A stretch of 64,000 bases of DNA from Malacoraja senta (lineage: Eukaryota), in assembly GCA_038087875.1 (NCBI GenBank), contig CM075990.1, positions 17,486,001 through 17,550,000 on the forward strand, given 5' to 3'. The stretch's first letter is position 1. Every line of letters starts with the position of its first letter. This document shows positions 63,336 through 64,000 of this stretch, one piece after another. The notes under the pieces were generated by a model that did no database searches, was not told where the DNA came from, and saw only the letters and a program-made list of their open reading frames with translations. A program made the translations under genes and the position numbers.

Positions 63336-63711
63336 TTCACAAATTCTGTTTCATTGAACATGTTCAGTGACTGCCCTTGACCTGTGCCCTTGATTGTATT
63401 GACTGGATGTTGATTTGACTGGATAGCACACAAGCAAAAGCCTTTCACTACATCTCAGTACCTGTGACAATAATTAACCAACAGCTTGCTGTTTGTAATT
63501 GTCAACTCCACAAGCGACAGCTCATACCAGGGGGTGCGGTCTCAATTAAATGTCCAACTAATCATTATATGTATCACATTCTCGATAACTGGATGTCACA
63601 CATTGAGCATGGCTTTCATGTGTTGGAAGAGCAAGCCGACTGTAGTATATTCTGCCTCAATATCAGTAGCTATCAAGCCCCTGAATGCGTGAACATGGTT
63701 CCTGAAGGTAA

Positions 63712-63896
63712 ACACAAAATGCTGGAGTAACTCAGCGGGACAGGCAGCATCTCTGGAGAGAAGGAATGGGTGACACAAAATGCTGGAGTAACTCAGCGGG
63801 ACAGGCAGCATCTCTGGAGAGAAGGAATGGGTGACACAAAATGCTGGAGTAACTCAGCGGGACAGGCAGCATCTCTGGAGACAAGGAATGGGTGAC
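63712..63896 (-). repeat. Tandem array of a 61-bp Penelope-derived unit, 3 copies
   Basis: ACACAAAATGCTGGAGTAACTCAGCGGGACAGGCAGCATCTCTGGAGAGAAGGAATGGGTG starts at 63712, 63773 and 63834. Confidence 0.92.
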
Positions 63897-64000
63897 CTGC
63901 AGTTCTTTCCTACAAAACATGTTTCTGACTTGGTTTCCGTGACATTTCCCAGCAATTGTTCTTCAAACCCTGGATCTTTGGAGTCTAAGGTGGGGTGAAA

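Overview
Eukaryotic, transposon-saturated non-coding DNA (long intron or gene desert). The repeat repertoire (HE1-like tRNA-derived V-SINEs with CR1/HER1-type tails, CR1, Rex1/Babar, L2, L1, Tx1, RTE-X and Penelope-like elements) points by inference to a cartilaginous fish, probably a skate or ray. I found no convincing host protein-coding exon, rRNA, tRNA gene or CRISPR array. The recognisable ORFs are 5'-truncated retroelement fragments, and the rest look like chance or simple-repeat frames. The most interesting signal is a family of short Penelope-derived elements, roughly 20 traces in the window. Five carry an intact 28-nt minimal hammerhead-ribozyme-like motif (CTGAAGA-A-stem II-GAAA-CG-TH) in two subfamily variants, and the elements often occur as inverted pairs or tandem arrays. 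Also seen: dateable nested insertions with target-site duplications (L1 in L1 in a Rex1-type tail; L2 in a SINE; RTE-X and a Harbinger MITE in Penelope remnants), a template-switch hairpin, a GC/CpG-rich minisatellite with co-oriented CTCF-like motifs, several tandem repeats, a 200-N gap and repeat-free AT-rich islands that may be conserved enhancers. Boundaries of old repeats are approximate and were read by eye.
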